In this document: piece after piece, positions 45,704-55,551 of the stretch
Numbering within the stretch: the first letter of the stretch is position 1
How the letters are laid out: each line of letters starts with the position of its first letter
Assembly: GCA_022841375.1 (NCBI GenBank)
Contig: JALHRQ010000003.1
Location: forward strand, 40,692 to 104,691
Direction of reading: 5' to 3'
Length of the DNA: 64,000 nucleotides
Source: Burkholderiales bacterium
Lineage (GTDB): Bacteria; Pseudomonadota; Gammaproteobacteria; Burkholderiales; SG8-41
Made by a program: the position numbers and the translations under genes
Notes under the pieces: generated by a model
Told to the model about the DNA's origin: nothing
The model's input: the letters and a program-made list of their open reading frames with translations, nothing else
Databases searched by the model: none

Positions 45704-45723
45704 TCAATAAAAACAAATAGTTA
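45704..45723 (+). repeat. AT-only motif copy 3 (TCAATAAAAACAAATAGTTA)
   Basis: 19/20 identical to copy 1 (2618-2637). Lies 8 nt after the folE stop and 15 nt before the ribBA ATG. Confidence 0.7.
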
Positions 45724-45738
45724 CGTATCGTCCCGGGT

Positions 45739-46989
45739 ATGAGTAGCCAGGACAGGGGCGGCGACTATCTGGTCGAGCAGATCCTGCCGGCGGTGCGCCG
45801 CGGCGACCTGCTGATTCTTGTCGACAGTGAAGACCGCGAAAATGAAGGCGACCTCTACATCGCCGCCGAACGCGCCACACCGGATGCGATCAACTTCATG
45901 GCGACCGAAGGCCGCGGCCTGGTGTCGCTGGCGCTGACCGAAGACCGGCTGCGCACATTGGGCCTGTCATTGATTACCGATGATCGCGGCAACCAGACCA
46001 AATTCGGTACCGCGTTTGCAACCCCCATTGATGCCCGCGAAGGCGTGGGCTCGGGTATGTCGGCGCACGACCGTGCGCGCACCATTGCCGTGGCCATTGC
46101 CGACAATGCCAGCGCTTCGGATCTGATCCGCCCGGGCCGTTTACAGACGCTGCGCGCGGTCGACGGCGGCGTGATTGCGCGCCGCGGCCATACCGAAGCG
46201 GCAGTGGACCTCGCGCGGCTGGCCGGATTGAAGCCCGCCGGCGTGATCTGCGAAATCATGAAGGCCGACGGCACCATGGCGCGGCTTCCCGACCTTGAAG
46301 CGTTTGCGCAAAAGCACAATATCCGCATCGTCAGGATCAGCGACCTTGTCGCCTACCGTGAAAACGAGCGCGAAATCCGCCGCAAGGCGGAAACAGTGCT
46401 GCCGACCAGCAAGGCCGGCACGTTCCGCATGATCGTCTACGCCGACAACCTGGAGACCAATCTGTTTGTCGCGTTGGTGAAGGGCGACATCAAACCCGAT
46501 GAACCGGTGCTGGTGCGCCTGCATTCACAGTGCCTGACCGGCGACGTGTTCGGTTCCGAGCGCTGCGACTGCGGTGAACAACTCGAAACCGCTTTGCACA
46601 AGATCGAGGAGGCGGGGCGTGGCGTACTGGTCTACATGTTCGACGAAGGCCGCGGCATCGGCTTGCTCAACAAGATCCGCGCCTACGCGCTGCAGGACCA
46701 GGGCCACGACACCGTCGAGGCCAACCACGAGCTGGGTTTTGCCGCCGACATGCGCGATTACCGAGCCGGTGCGCAGATTCTGTCCGATCTCGGCGCGCAC
46801 CAGGTGCGGCTGATGACCAACAATCCCGACAAGGTTGCGGCGCTCGCCGATTACGGCCTGACGGTGGTGGAGCGTGTGGCGGTGGAAGTGCCGCCGCGGG
46901 ATGCCAATCGCAAGTATCTCGATACCAAGCGCAGCAAGTTCGGGCACTTGCTGGCGATGGCGGGTGGGGAGCGGGAAACTAAGAAGTAG
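45739..46989 (+). CDS. ribBA: Bifunctional 3,4-dihydroxy-2-butanone-4-phosphate synthase / GTP cyclohydrolase II
   Basis: ...DSEDRENEGDL... (RibB) and ...RLHSQCLTGDVFGSERCDCGEQL... (RibA). Confidence 0.95.
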   Translation: MSSQDRGGDYLVEQILPAVRRGDLLILVDSEDRENEGDLYIAAERATPDAINFMATEGRGLVSLALTEDRLRTLGLSLITDDRGNQTKFGTAFATPIDAREGVGSGMSAHDRARTIAVAIADNASASDLIRPGRLQTLRAVDGGVIARRGHTEAAVDLARLAGLKPAGVICEIMKADGTMARLPDLEAFAQKHNIRIVRISDLVAYRENEREIRRKAETVLPTSKAGTFRMIVYADNLETNLFVALVKGDIKPDEPVLVRLHSQCLTGDVFGSERCDCGEQLETALHKIEEAGRGVLVYMFDEGRGIGLLNKIRAYALQDQGHDTVEANHELGFAADMRDYRAGAQILSDLGAHQVRLMTNNPDKVAALADYGLTVVERVAVEVPPRDANRKYLDTKRSKFGHLLAMAGGERETKK

Positions 46990-47040
46990 TCCGTCCTGAC
47001 CAATGGCGCTTTATGTGTTGGAAGTATTCGGGCCCGGAAC

Positions 47041-47826
47041 TTAACGGCCAAACAATCCGCGCAATTTCTGCACGGTATCTGCGGCTTCTTTCAGGGTGTC
47101 AGTGGTTGAAGGGGCAGGCCCCGGGAGCGCAGTACCCGTGTTATCGGATGCCGGTGTGGCAGCGGCGGGAGCAGCGCCAGGGACGGCGGGTGCAGATGCC
47201 GTAGCGGTGGCCGACGTCGCGATCAGTGGCGTAGGCCCGGTTTTTTTCATGGCGGCGGACGCTGCTACGCTAGGCAGAGGTTTTCCTACAAGTGCCGCCA
47301 GCCGGTCGCGTTCGATTGCCGCAGCCAGTGACCCACGCAATTGCTCGATCTGTTCTCGTACCCCGTATGAGGCGGCATCGACTTTCCATTCCACGTTGTT
47401 TACTTTCAGTCCGGCGCTGAGTGTCGGGCTGGGGCTGCCGTAGGCACCCGAATAGTTGCCTGCAGGGGCGGCGAAATTTTTTACGTTCATTGCGAAATTC
47501 ACGGTCACCACCGTGTCCGCGGAATGCTTTTTGGGATCGGGCCAGATAAATTTTCGGCTGACGCGCACGGTGAAATCGCCCTGCTTTTTTTCACCTTTGC
47601 AGACGTTGAACTGATCAGGGTTTGTGTCTGCATCGCTGGCGCGCAAACCCTCGGCGCTGGGTGCGGAAGGCAGCAAGGTTTTCAGCGCGGCATTGGCTCG
47701 CAGCATGAAATCACGCTCCGGGGCGCTCAGCGGAACCGTGTCCACGCAATCCGCGTGGACACCCCGGGCATGAAAAAACAGAGCGGCGAGGACTAATGGG
47801 AAAAGCGTGGTTTTTGTGGATGACAT
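47041..47826 (-). CDS. Hypothetical secreted protein with an Ala/Pro/Thr-rich C-terminal region
   Basis: Signal peptide MSSTKTTLFPLVLAALFFHARGVHA/DC...; low-complexity ...TSATATASAPAVPGAAPAAATPASDNTG...; no family recognised. Confidence 0.65.
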   Translation of the reverse strand: MSSTKTTLFPLVLAALFFHARGVHADCVDTVPLSAPERDFMLRANAALKTLLPSAPSAEGLRASDADTNPDQFNVCKGEKKQGDFTVRVSRKFIWPDPKKHSADTVVTVNFAMNVKNFAAPAGNYSGAYGSPSPTLSAGLKVNNVEWKVDAASYGVREQIEQLRGSLAAAIERDRLAALVGKPLPSVAASAAMKKTGPTPLIATSATATASAPAVPGAAPAAATPASDNTGTALPGPAPSTTDTLKEAADTVQKLRGLFGR

Positions 47827-47934
47827 GATGTTGTTCCCGCAGTCAGTGGTGTTGGTGGTAGGAGTCCTGGATTCAAGTTCTGGTAGGGAATCCCGATTTC
47901 CTGCGAAACTGTTGAGAAGTTTAATTGATGTTTT

Positions 47935-48627
47935 TTAAAACCGTTTCACCAGCGTCATGCTCTGCCCCTCGCGTCTCATGTCGGTGCGGCTGAGGAAAGT
48001 CATGCCGAGCAGTGCGACATTGAGGCCATTGCCTTCGAGCACCACGGCCTCGACACTATGCAGCGTGATGCCGCCGACGGTGACCGTGTCCAGCGTGATT
48101 CGGTAAGCGGTGGCGCGGCCGTTGGCGGTTTCGGTATATCCGCGCTGGCCGTTAAGGTAGTTGATGCCGAGGCGGCGGGCGTCTGCACTGGGGATCGCGA
48201 TCGCGGTGGCGCCGGTGTCGACCAGGAACTGCACGGTGCCGCCATTGATCTGGCCCAGCGTCATGTAGTGACCGCGGGCGTCGGGCGTCAGCGTGACTGA
48301 ACCGGAACCGCTGCCGCCCACGGTGCTGCCGCCGGAAAAGCGACCGCTGGAACCCGGGATCAATGTCTGCCGCTTGCCCTGGAACTCGATCACCGCGCTG
48401 CTGCTGTCGGCGCTGATCAGGCGGATGCCTTCCGGCGTGCTCTGGCCCACCGAAACGGTGCGTGGCGCACCGCCGTTGATCACCAGTACCGCCTTGCCGG
48501 TGAACAACGCCGCCACGCTGATGTCATTGGCATGCGCCATGCTTGCAATCAGCAGCAGTGCTGCGATCCACAACGCATTAAGATGATGGGAATACCTTGC
48601 TGGAGAGTTCATGAAGCCGATCGCCAT
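47935..48627 (-). CDS. Retropepsin-like (clan AA, TIGR02281-type) aspartic protease
   Basis: N-terminal TM segment and FLVDTGATAIAIPSADARRLGI (D-T-G). The start is 48627 or 48612. Confidence 0.8.
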   Translation of the reverse strand: MAIGFMNSPARYSHHLNALWIAALLLIASMAHANDISVAALFTGKAVLVINGGAPRTVSVGQSTPEGIRLISADSSSAVIEFQGKRQTLIPGSSGRFSGGSTVGGSGSGSVTLTPDARGHYMTLGQINGGTVQFLVDTGATAIAIPSADARRLGINYLNGQRGYTETANGRATAYRITLDTVTVGGITLHSVEAVVLEGNGLNVALLGMTFLSRTDMRREGQSMTLVKRF

Positions 48628-49324
48628 ATTTCGCCATACCCCGACTGAAGGTCCGGCCTATTTTGCCACGTACCTGGAGCGCAGGAAGCTGCCGTACCAG
48701 ATCGTCAAAATTGACGCGGGTGATGCGGTGCCGGCCGATGCGTCGGCTTACGCCGGCCTGTGTTTCATGGGCGGGCCGATGAGTGTCAACGATGACCTGC
48801 CGTGGATCGCGCCCGTATGCAACCTGATCCGCGATGCGGTGGCGCGGGATGTGCCGGTGCTGGGGCATTGTCTGGGCGGGCAGCTGATCGCCAAGGCGCT
48901 GGGCGCGTCAGTGAGCCGTAACCCGGTCAAGGAAATCGGCTGGGGCGCGGTGCAGGTGCTGGATGATCCCGAGGCGCGAAGCTGGCTGGGCGACGATCTG
49001 CGCGAGTTCCTGTCCTTCCACTGGCATGGCGAGACGTTTGCGATACCCGAAGGCGCGACGCGGCTGCTGGAAAGCCCGTGGTGCGGTAACCAGGCCTATG
49101 CGCTGGGTAAACATTTCGGCATGCAGTGCCATGTCGAAATGACGCCGGAACTGATCCGCACCTGGTGCCGCGACTGGGAAAAAGAAGTGGAGGCGCTTGC
49201 CGGACGGGTGGCGTCGGTGCAGACGCCGGCGGAAATGGAGTCCGGCATTGACGACAAGGTGCGCGCGTTGAACGCGGTGGCGGACCGGATTTATGACCGG
49301 TGGGTGGAGGGGCTGGCTGTCTAG
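48611..49324 (+). CDS. Class-I glutamine amidotransferase-like protein
   Basis: ...VPVLGHCLGGQLIAKALG... nucleophile elbow; ...FHWHGETF... Confidence 0.82.
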   Translation: MKPIAIFRHTPTEGPAYFATYLERRKLPYQIVKIDAGDAVPADASAYAGLCFMGGPMSVNDDLPWIAPVCNLIRDAVARDVPVLGHCLGGQLIAKALGASVSRNPVKEIGWGAVQVLDDPEARSWLGDDLREFLSFHWHGETFAIPEGATRLLESPWCGNQAYALGKHFGMQCHVEMTPELIRTWCRDWEKEVEALAGRVASVQTPAEMESGIDDKVRALNAVADRIYDRWVEGLAV

Positions 49325-49348
49325 GCCCAGCGGGTAACGCTTGCCGGG

Positions 49349-50395
49349 TTAACCAGTCCAGGGCGACCCGGTGAGCAGCCGCCACGCATTGCCATAGGCG
49401 ACCAGTTGCCGGGCGGGTTCGCTCAACGCATCGAGAATCAACTGGCGCTGGCGATTGATCTGATTCGGGTACTGATCGGCCACGGGTGGACGGTAATCGC
49501 TGGCCGACATGAAGCGCTGGGGATGCATCTCGATCAGTTTTTTCCAGCCGGCATCCAGCTGCCCGTTCGTGAACAGGGTTGAATGGCGAGCGCCCGATGG
49601 CTGGTAAATCGCGTCCGGCGGCGGCACGGCCAGATCAAAGTGGAGTCCGGGAAAACGTTCGATCAGCCCGCGAACATAGTCCGTGTTATAACGCTTTGCT
49701 CGATCGGGGTAGCGAATCATCGCGAGGTGGCACCAGATCACTTTCGCATTCGGATGGCGTTCCAGCACCGATTCAAGCGGTGCCAGCAGGCGGTCCTCGA
49801 TTTCGTAGTGGATCTGGAACGCGACATTGAATTCCGCGCTGAGCGCGAACAAGGCATGCCCTGCAGGCCCGGTAATGTCTATGGTGATATCGCGATCGTT
49901 GCGGCCGGCGCTGACCTGTTCGGGTGAGGGGTAGTGCCTGAATTCATGTTCGCCCATGAAGAAATACTCTCCGCTTTCCAGGTCTTTCCGGGTGACGGCC
50001 AGGAAGGCGGCGGGGTCGCGCCACCAGCGCGGAAATTCGCCGCTGCTGGTGGTCGGGATGAAGTGCTCCGGATGCTGACGGTGCAGATTGAGCGAGGGCG
50101 CGCCGTTCGGTGCATTGGCGGGAGCGAATGCGATTTGGGCGACGTTCAGTTCATCCATGACTTCGATCATTTGCCGGACATTGGTTGCTCCCTCAACGTA
50201 GGTGGCCTGCAAGTCGATGATCGGCAGCCGGTTTTTTGCCAGGATGGCGCGCAGCCGCCGCTGCCAGGCAGTGATCGCTTCCGTGCGGGCCGCCGTGCCT
50301 TTGGCCTGGGCGTGGGCCACGCCCGGCGTGAACAGTGCAGGCAGCGTGCAGGCGAGACTGGTCGCACCCAGGAGAAATCTGCGGCGGTCATTCAT
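49349..50395 (-). CDS. Amidohydrolase family protein with a Tat-type signal
   Basis: MNDRRRFLLGATSLACTLPALFTPGVAHA; ...VIWCHLAM... metal-hydrolase-like motifs. Confidence 0.7.
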   Translation of the reverse strand: MNDRRRFLLGATSLACTLPALFTPGVAHAQAKGTAARTEAITAWQRRLRAILAKNRLPIIDLQATYVEGATNVRQMIEVMDELNVAQIAFAPANAPNGAPSLNLHRQHPEHFIPTTSSGEFPRWWRDPAAFLAVTRKDLESGEYFFMGEHEFRHYPSPEQVSAGRNDRDITIDITGPAGHALFALSAEFNVAFQIHYEIEDRLLAPLESVLERHPNAKVIWCHLAMIRYPDRAKRYNTDYVRGLIERFPGLHFDLAVPPPDAIYQPSGARHSTLFTNGQLDAGWKKLIEMHPQRFMSASDYRPPVADQYPNQINRQRQLILDALSEPARQLVAYGNAWRLLTGSPWTG

Positions 50396-50461
50396 GTTTC
50401 AAGTCCTGAACTGGTGTTGAAGCGTAAACCCGAACATAACAGCGGGGTGTGGATGGGGCGC

Positions 50462-51817
50462 TTATGCCGGCAGCAGCGTCCACGCCGCGCCCACCAGCGC
50501 GCAGGCACCGATCACCGGCATGATGCCGATCTTGTAACGCCACAGCGCGAGGAACGCAGCGATGCCGATCACCGCCGACGGCCAGTCGAAGCGGCCTGTC
50601 ATGCCCTCCGGCCACAACACGTGGTAGGCGAAAAACACTGCGAGATTGAGGATGACACCGACCACCGCCGCGGTGATGCCGGTCAGCGGCGCGGTGAAAT
50701 GCAGTTCGCCATGCGTGGTTTCGACCAGCGGGCCGCCGAGCAGGATGAAAATGAAACTCGGCAGGAAAGTGAAGTAGGTGACCACCGTGGCGGCGAGTGC
50801 GGCAGCGGCGAGCACATGATCGGGGCCGAGGAACTGCGTGGTCCAGCCGCCGACGAACGCGACGAAAGCGACGACCATGATCAGCGGGCCCGGTGTGGTT
50901 TCGCCGAGGGCGAGGCCGTCGATCATCTGCAGCGGAGTGACCCACTGGTAGTGTTCGACTGCGGCCTGATAGACGTAGGGCAGTACCGCATAAGCGCCGC
51001 CGAAGGTCAGCAGCGCGGCCTTGGTGAAGAACCAACCCATCTGCGCCAGCGTGCTGTCCCAGCCGAACACCGCGATGATCAGCGCCATGCCGGAGCCCCA
51101 CAGCAGCAGTCCGGCGGCGAGCACCTTGGCGAAATGCGGCCAGCAGAAGCGCGCGTGCTCCGGTGTCGGTGTTTCGTCGTCGATGACCGCCGGGCCGTAA
51201 CTCTTGCCGCCGGCGCCGTGACCGCCGCCGGTGGCGAACAGCTGGGGTGCGACGCGGCCGCCGATCCAGCCAATGATGCCGGCGCCGATGACAATCAGCG
51301 GGAATGGCAGCTTCAGCGCAAACAGGGCCACGAAGGCCGCGGCCGCGATGCCCCACAGCACGCCGTTTTTTAATGCCCGCGAGCCGATGCGGATCGCCGC
51401 GAAGACCACGATCGCGGTGACTGCGGGCTTGATGCCATAGAGGATGCCGGCAATCGCCGGGATGTCGCCGAAGGCGAGATAAATCCACGACAGTGCAATC
51501 AGGATGAACAGCGAGGGCAGCACAAACAGGCCGCCGGCGACAATGCCGCCCCAGGTGCGGTGCATCAGCCAGCCGATGTAGGTGGCGAGCTGCTGCGCTT
51601 CCGGTCCCGGCAGCACCATGCAGTAGTTCAGGGCGTGCAGAAAGCGGCGCTCGGAGATCCAGCGTTTCCGCTCGACCAGTTCCTGATGCATGATTGCGAT
51701 CTGCCCGGCGGGACCGCCGAAGCTGATGAAGCCGAGCTTGAGCCAGAAACGGAAGGCGTCGGCGAACGGAATGGCGGCGGGTGCTTCGGTCGGTACGGCG
51801 GTGTTTTTATCAGTCAT
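50462..51817 (-). CDS. chrA: Chromate ion transporter ChrA
   Basis: Duplicated CHR domains; ...LGFISFGGPAGQIAIMHQELVERKRWISERRFLHALNYCMVLPGPEA... Confidence 0.9.
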   Translation of the reverse strand: MTDKNTAVPTEAPAAIPFADAFRFWLKLGFISFGGPAGQIAIMHQELVERKRWISERRFLHALNYCMVLPGPEAQQLATYIGWLMHRTWGGIVAGGLFVLPSLFILIALSWIYLAFGDIPAIAGILYGIKPAVTAIVVFAAIRIGSRALKNGVLWGIAAAAFVALFALKLPFPLIVIGAGIIGWIGGRVAPQLFATGGGHGAGGKSYGPAVIDDETPTPEHARFCWPHFAKVLAAGLLLWGSGMALIIAVFGWDSTLAQMGWFFTKAALLTFGGAYAVLPYVYQAAVEHYQWVTPLQMIDGLALGETTPGPLIMVVAFVAFVGGWTTQFLGPDHVLAAAALAATVVTYFTFLPSFIFILLGGPLVETTHGELHFTAPLTGITAAVVGVILNLAVFFAYHVLWPEGMTGRFDWPSAVIGIAAFLALWRYKIGIMPVIGACALVGAAWTLLPA

Positions 51818-51834
51818 GGATTTGTTGTTGCCGT

Positions 51835-52644
51835 TCAGCGATCAATCCCGGGGTTCCAAGTGTGGCGCTCATCCTGCCCTTCCTTGCACCACAGGTACAA
51901 AGCATCGTACATCACCATGCCCTGTTGCAACTGCTCGTGGTCATCGGCAATCAGGCGCGATAGGCCCAGTGACAGCGCGACCAGACCCGCTGACTGCGGC
52001 GTGATTTCCAAGTGACCGGTATCGGCGCCGCGTACGATGTCCGCCAGTTGCAGCAGGGCCGGATCGGTCAGGCGGTAGGTCTTGATGAAGGCATCGAAAC
52101 TGCATTCCGGACCGTCATGCGTGAATGCACCGTCCGCAACGTCGTAGGCGATGGCATTGTCCGATGCAGCGCGGGCTTTGACTTCGGCGGTGGGTACGTA
52201 GAGAAACTCGGCGGCGGGGTCGATGAAACGTTTGATCAGCCACGGGCAGGCAATGCGGTCGACCTTCGGGCGCTCGCGGGTGATCCAGCGCGTTGCGGCG
52301 GTGTCCGCCGGCTTGTTCATCAGGGCATGGCCGGCAGCACGGAGGCCTTCCTCGATGCCGTCTTTAACAAAAGTTGCTTTGAAGCCGCGGGCGCACAGCG
52401 CTTTGGCGACGTTTTGGCTGACCTCGTGGCCGTGCACGCAATACACAGCAATGCTCGCTGCAGCCGGCAGTTCGGCGGCCCAGCTGTTCACGGTAGCCGG
52501 ATCGCGGCGCAGCGCACCGTTTGCCATGTCTTTCGCGGACCGGAATGCCGCTTCGCGGCGCACGTCGATCAGCAATGGCGCGTCCGGCCCGTTGCGGACT
52601 TCGATCACTTCTTCAGGGGAAATACTCGGAATGCTCGCATCCAT
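51835..52644 (-). CDS. Rhodanese domain fused to a ChrB C-terminal-like chromate-resistance domain
   Basis: N-terminal LLIDVRREAAF...AVYCVHGHEVS (rhodanese loop), then ...WITRERPKVDRIACPWLIKRFIDPAAEFLYVP... (ChrB-C as recalled). Upstream of chrA. Confidence 0.75.
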   Translation of the reverse strand: MDASIPSISPEEVIEVRNGPDAPLLIDVRREAAFRSAKDMANGALRRDPATVNSWAAELPAAASIAVYCVHGHEVSQNVAKALCARGFKATFVKDGIEEGLRAAGHALMNKPADTAATRWITRERPKVDRIACPWLIKRFIDPAAEFLYVPTAEVKARAASDNAIAYDVADGAFTHDGPECSFDAFIKTYRLTDPALLQLADIVRGADTGHLEITPQSAGLVALSLGLSRLIADDHEQLQQGMVMYDALYLWCKEGQDERHTWNPGIDR

Positions 52645-52786
52645 ACAGTCTCCTTCGCGGTGGCGAAATCACACGAAGGCAGCACTTGGACGCGAGGCGT
52701 CTGGGTGCGGGGAGTCTGCCATCGTCCCCGTTTGAGGCGGTCTGATTCTGCTCGGCAGTACCGGCGCTGTCAACACAGCGCCGCGG

Positions 52787-53278
52787 TCAGTCGCGGAAGT
52801 TCTTGAACTGCAGCGGGAAGTCGGTGATGGATTTGCGGATCAGCGCAATGGCGTCCTGCAACAGATCCTTCTTGGCGCCGGAGACACGCACCACATCGCC
52901 CTGGATGCTGCCCTGGACTTTCATCTTGCTGTCCTTGATCAGCTTGACGATTTTTTTTGCCAGCTCCTGCTCGATACCTTCGCGCACGGTCACCGGCTGT
53001 TTCATTTTGTTGCCGCTGATGGTTTCGCCGTCGCCGATTTTCAGGCAACGGGTGTCGACCCCGCGCTTGGCCAGCTTTGCGGTGAGCACGTCGCGTACTT
53101 GACTCAGCTTGAAGTCATCGTCGGCGAATATGGTGAGCGTCTTTTCCTTGTCGTTCATTTCAACGCGGGCATCGGAGCCCTTGAAATCAAAACGGGTGGA
53201 AACTTCCTTGTTGGTCTGGTCGACCGCGTTGTGTACTTCGACCTGATTGACTTCGGAAACGATGTCGAAAGAGGGCAT
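52787..53278 (-). CDS. yajQ: YajQ family cyclic-di-GMP/nucleotide-binding protein
   Basis: [35 protein letters not shown]... Confidence 0.93.
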   Translation of the reverse strand: MPSFDIVSEVNQVEVHNAVDQTNKEVSTRFDFKGSDARVEMNDKEKTLTIFADDDFKLSQVRDVLTAKLAKRGVDTRCLKIGDGETISGNKMKQPVTVREGIEQELAKKIVKLIKDSKMKVQGSIQGDVVRVSGAKKDLLQDAIALIRKSITDFPLQFKNFRD

Positions 53279-53345
53279 TGCTTGCTCACTGTTCTTTAGT
53301 CAGATGCGGATTATACGCTTTGGGCTTTGCGCAGCACGCCGGTGT

Positions 53346-53939
53346 TCAGCGTGTGCGTTTGCGCGGAGCGGGCTGGCGGATGGATTGTGAATCGACCGGC
53401 AGGCCTGTTGCGTCGTCAAATTCAGCCGCCGTTTCAACGGCGCGCCGCGCCAGTGTTTCGGCGTTGAGTCCGCGTTCGCCGTAAAGTGCGTGCAGGGCGC
53501 CCATCGCGTAATTGCTGCCGCTGCCGAAGGCGTAGTAACGCGAAAATTCCTGCACCGTGCGGTGCGCGACCACGCCGAAGATGCCGTGGCGGTTGGCGAT
53601 CAGTGCGTCAAAGCGCGTCGATTCCAGCGGCTCATCGTCATGCCCGGTGGCCAACAGCTGGTAGTCGGCTTTCAGCGCGACGTGCAGCGCCTGCCAGGTG
53701 CGGAAGATTTCCAGCGGCGTATCAAAACGCGCGCGCACCTTGGGTCGCGAAAAATAATCGCGAAGTATGGTTTTGAAGGTGGCGTTGCCGGTGAGACCGA
53801 GCCAGGTGTCGCCGACCTGCAGCAGCTTGCCGTGATTGACGACGTAGTCCGCGGTTTCCTTGCCCGAGCCCCACTTGGTCATGGTGTCGGCGGCGATCGC
53901 GATGTCGCGATCCTTGCGCACCACGACGATGGTGGTCAT
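53346..53939 (-). CDS. Stand-alone HslV/proteasome-beta-like Ntn hydrolase (BPH-like)
   Basis: M-TTIVVVRKDRDIAIAAD...: Thr directly after the initiator Met, Asp at mature position 17 as in HslV, Lys near position 37. No hslU or other AAA+ gene is adjacent. Confidence 0.65.
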   Translation of the reverse strand: MTTIVVVRKDRDIAIAADTMTKWGSGKETADYVVNHGKLLQVGDTWLGLTGNATFKTILRDYFSRPKVRARFDTPLEIFRTWQALHVALKADYQLLATGHDDEPLESTRFDALIANRHGIFGVVAHRTVQEFSRYYAFGSGSNYAMGALHALYGERGLNAETLARRAVETAAEFDDATGLPVDSQSIRQPAPRKRTR

Positions 53940-53945
53940 TGCGGC

Positions 53946-54257
53946 TTAACCGAAATGACAGACGTAGTGCAGCGGCTCGCTTTGCTCGATGTCGAAGCTG
54001 GATTTTCCCGGCACATCAAAACTCTCGCCGGCTTTCACGTTTTTCCAGTCGGCGGCGCCGGCCAGCTTGTAGCGGCAACTGCCGGCGATGATTTCCATGC
54101 GTTCCGGATCGCCGGTATTGAAGGTCAGTTTTGAGGGCAGAATCACGCCCACCGATTTTCGGGTGCCGTCGGCGAGGACGACGGTATGGCTGACGCACTT
54201 GCCGTCGAAATAGACATTGGCTTTTTTGACGACGGAAACATTGTCGAACTGGGACAT
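53946..54257 (-). CDS. ppnP: Pyrimidine/purine nucleoside phosphorylase PpnP (DUF1255)
   Basis: [39 protein letters not shown]..., 103 aa from an internal Met of the track ORF. Confidence 0.88.
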   Translation of the reverse strand: MSQFDNVSVVKKANVYFDGKCVSHTVVLADGTRKSVGVILPSKLTFNTGDPERMEIIAGSCRYKLAGAADWKNVKAGESFDVPGKSSFDIEQSEPLHYVCHFG

Positions 54258-54300
54258 GCAAAGCTCCGGAAAAGGTTGTTGGCCGTGTGTTGGCGTGCTT

Positions 54301-55533
54301 TTATTTGCGTTTGTTGCGGAGTTTGGCGGCGATGCGCAGCCTGAGCGCATTGAGCTTGATGAAACCGCCGGCGTCGGCCTGGTCGTAAGCGCCCTTGTCG
54401 TCCTCGAAGGTGGAGATCGCCGGATCGAACAGCGAATCGGTCTTGGACGCGCGGCCCACGGTGGTGACCGTGCCCTTGTAGAGCTTGACCTTCACCGTGC
54501 CGTTGACGCATTTCTGTGATTCATCAATCAGTTGCTGCAGCAGCAAACGTTCCGGACTGAACCAGTAGCCGTTGTAGATCAGCCGCGCGTAGCGGGGCAT
54601 CAGGTCGTCTTTCAGCGCCAGCACTTCGCGGTCCATGGTGATCGACTCCATCGCGCGATGCGCCCTCAACATGATCGTGCCCCCGGGCGTTTCGTAGCAG
54701 CCGCGCGACTTCATGCCGACATAGCGGTTTTCGACGAGGTCAAGGCGGCCGATGCCGTGTTTGCCGCCGAGCTGGTTCAGTTTGGTCAGCACCTGTGCCG
54801 CTGACATTTTTTTGCCGTTGATGGCAACGATGTCGCCCTTGGCGTAGCTCAGTTCGACGTATTCGGGTTTGTTCGGTGCTTTTTCCGGCGACACGGTGAT
54901 GCGCCACATCGTATCTTCAGGCTCGAATGACGGGTCTTCGAGAATACCGCCTTCGTACGAGATGTGCAGCAGGTTGGCGTCCATCGAATACGGCGCGCCG
55001 CCCTTGCGTTTTTTGTAGTCGACCGGGATGCCGTGTTTGTCGGCGTAGGCGAGCAGTTTTTCGCGCGACAGCAGATCCCATTCGCGCCACGGCGCGATGA
55101 TTTTGACGTTGGGCATCAGCGCATAGGCGCCGAGCTCAAAACGCACCTGGTCATTGCCCTTGCCGGTGGCGCCGTGCGATACCGCGTCGGCGCCGGTCTT
55201 GCGCGCGATCTCGATCATGCGTTTGGCGATCAGCGGCCGGGCGATCGAGGTGCCGAGCAGGTATTCGCCTTCGTACACCGCGTTGGCGCGGAACATCGGG
55301 AACACGAAGTCGCGCACGAATTCTTCGCGCAGGTCTTCGATGAAGATCTGTTTGACGCCCATCAGCTGCGCTTTTTTGCGCGCCGGCGAGACTTCTTCGC
55401 CCTGGCCGATGTCGGCGGTGAAGGTGATGACTTCGCAGCCATAGACGTCCTGCAGCCATTTGAGAATGACCGAAGTGTCGAGACCGCCGGAGTAAGCTAA
55501 TACTACTTTATTGATTTTATTGGATTTTTTCAT
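54301..55533 (-). CDS. argG: Argininosuccinate synthase
   Basis: [14 protein letters not shown]...; 410 aa. Confidence 0.95.
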   Translation of the reverse strand: MKKSNKINKVVLAYSGGLDTSVILKWLQDVYGCEVITFTADIGQGEEVSPARKKAQLMGVKQIFIEDLREEFVRDFVFPMFRANAVYEGEYLLGTSIARPLIAKRMIEIARKTGADAVSHGATGKGNDQVRFELGAYALMPNVKIIAPWREWDLLSREKLLAYADKHGIPVDYKKRKGGAPYSMDANLLHISYEGGILEDPSFEPEDTMWRITVSPEKAPNKPEYVELSYAKGDIVAINGKKMSAAQVLTKLNQLGGKHGIGRLDLVENRYVGMKSRGCYETPGGTIMLRAHRAMESITMDREVLALKDDLMPRYARLIYNGYWFSPERLLLQQLIDESQKCVNGTVKVKLYKGTVTTVGRASKTDSLFDPAISTFEDDKGAYDQADAGGFIKLNALRLRIAAKLRNKRK

Positions 55534-55551
55534 AATTTTGGAGTTTCGGAA

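Noticed and set aside
45696-45738. An FMN (RFN) riboswitch upstream of ribBA.
   Set aside because: Only 43 nt separate folE and ribBA, far too short for an RFN element, and no RFN-like conserved segments are visible.
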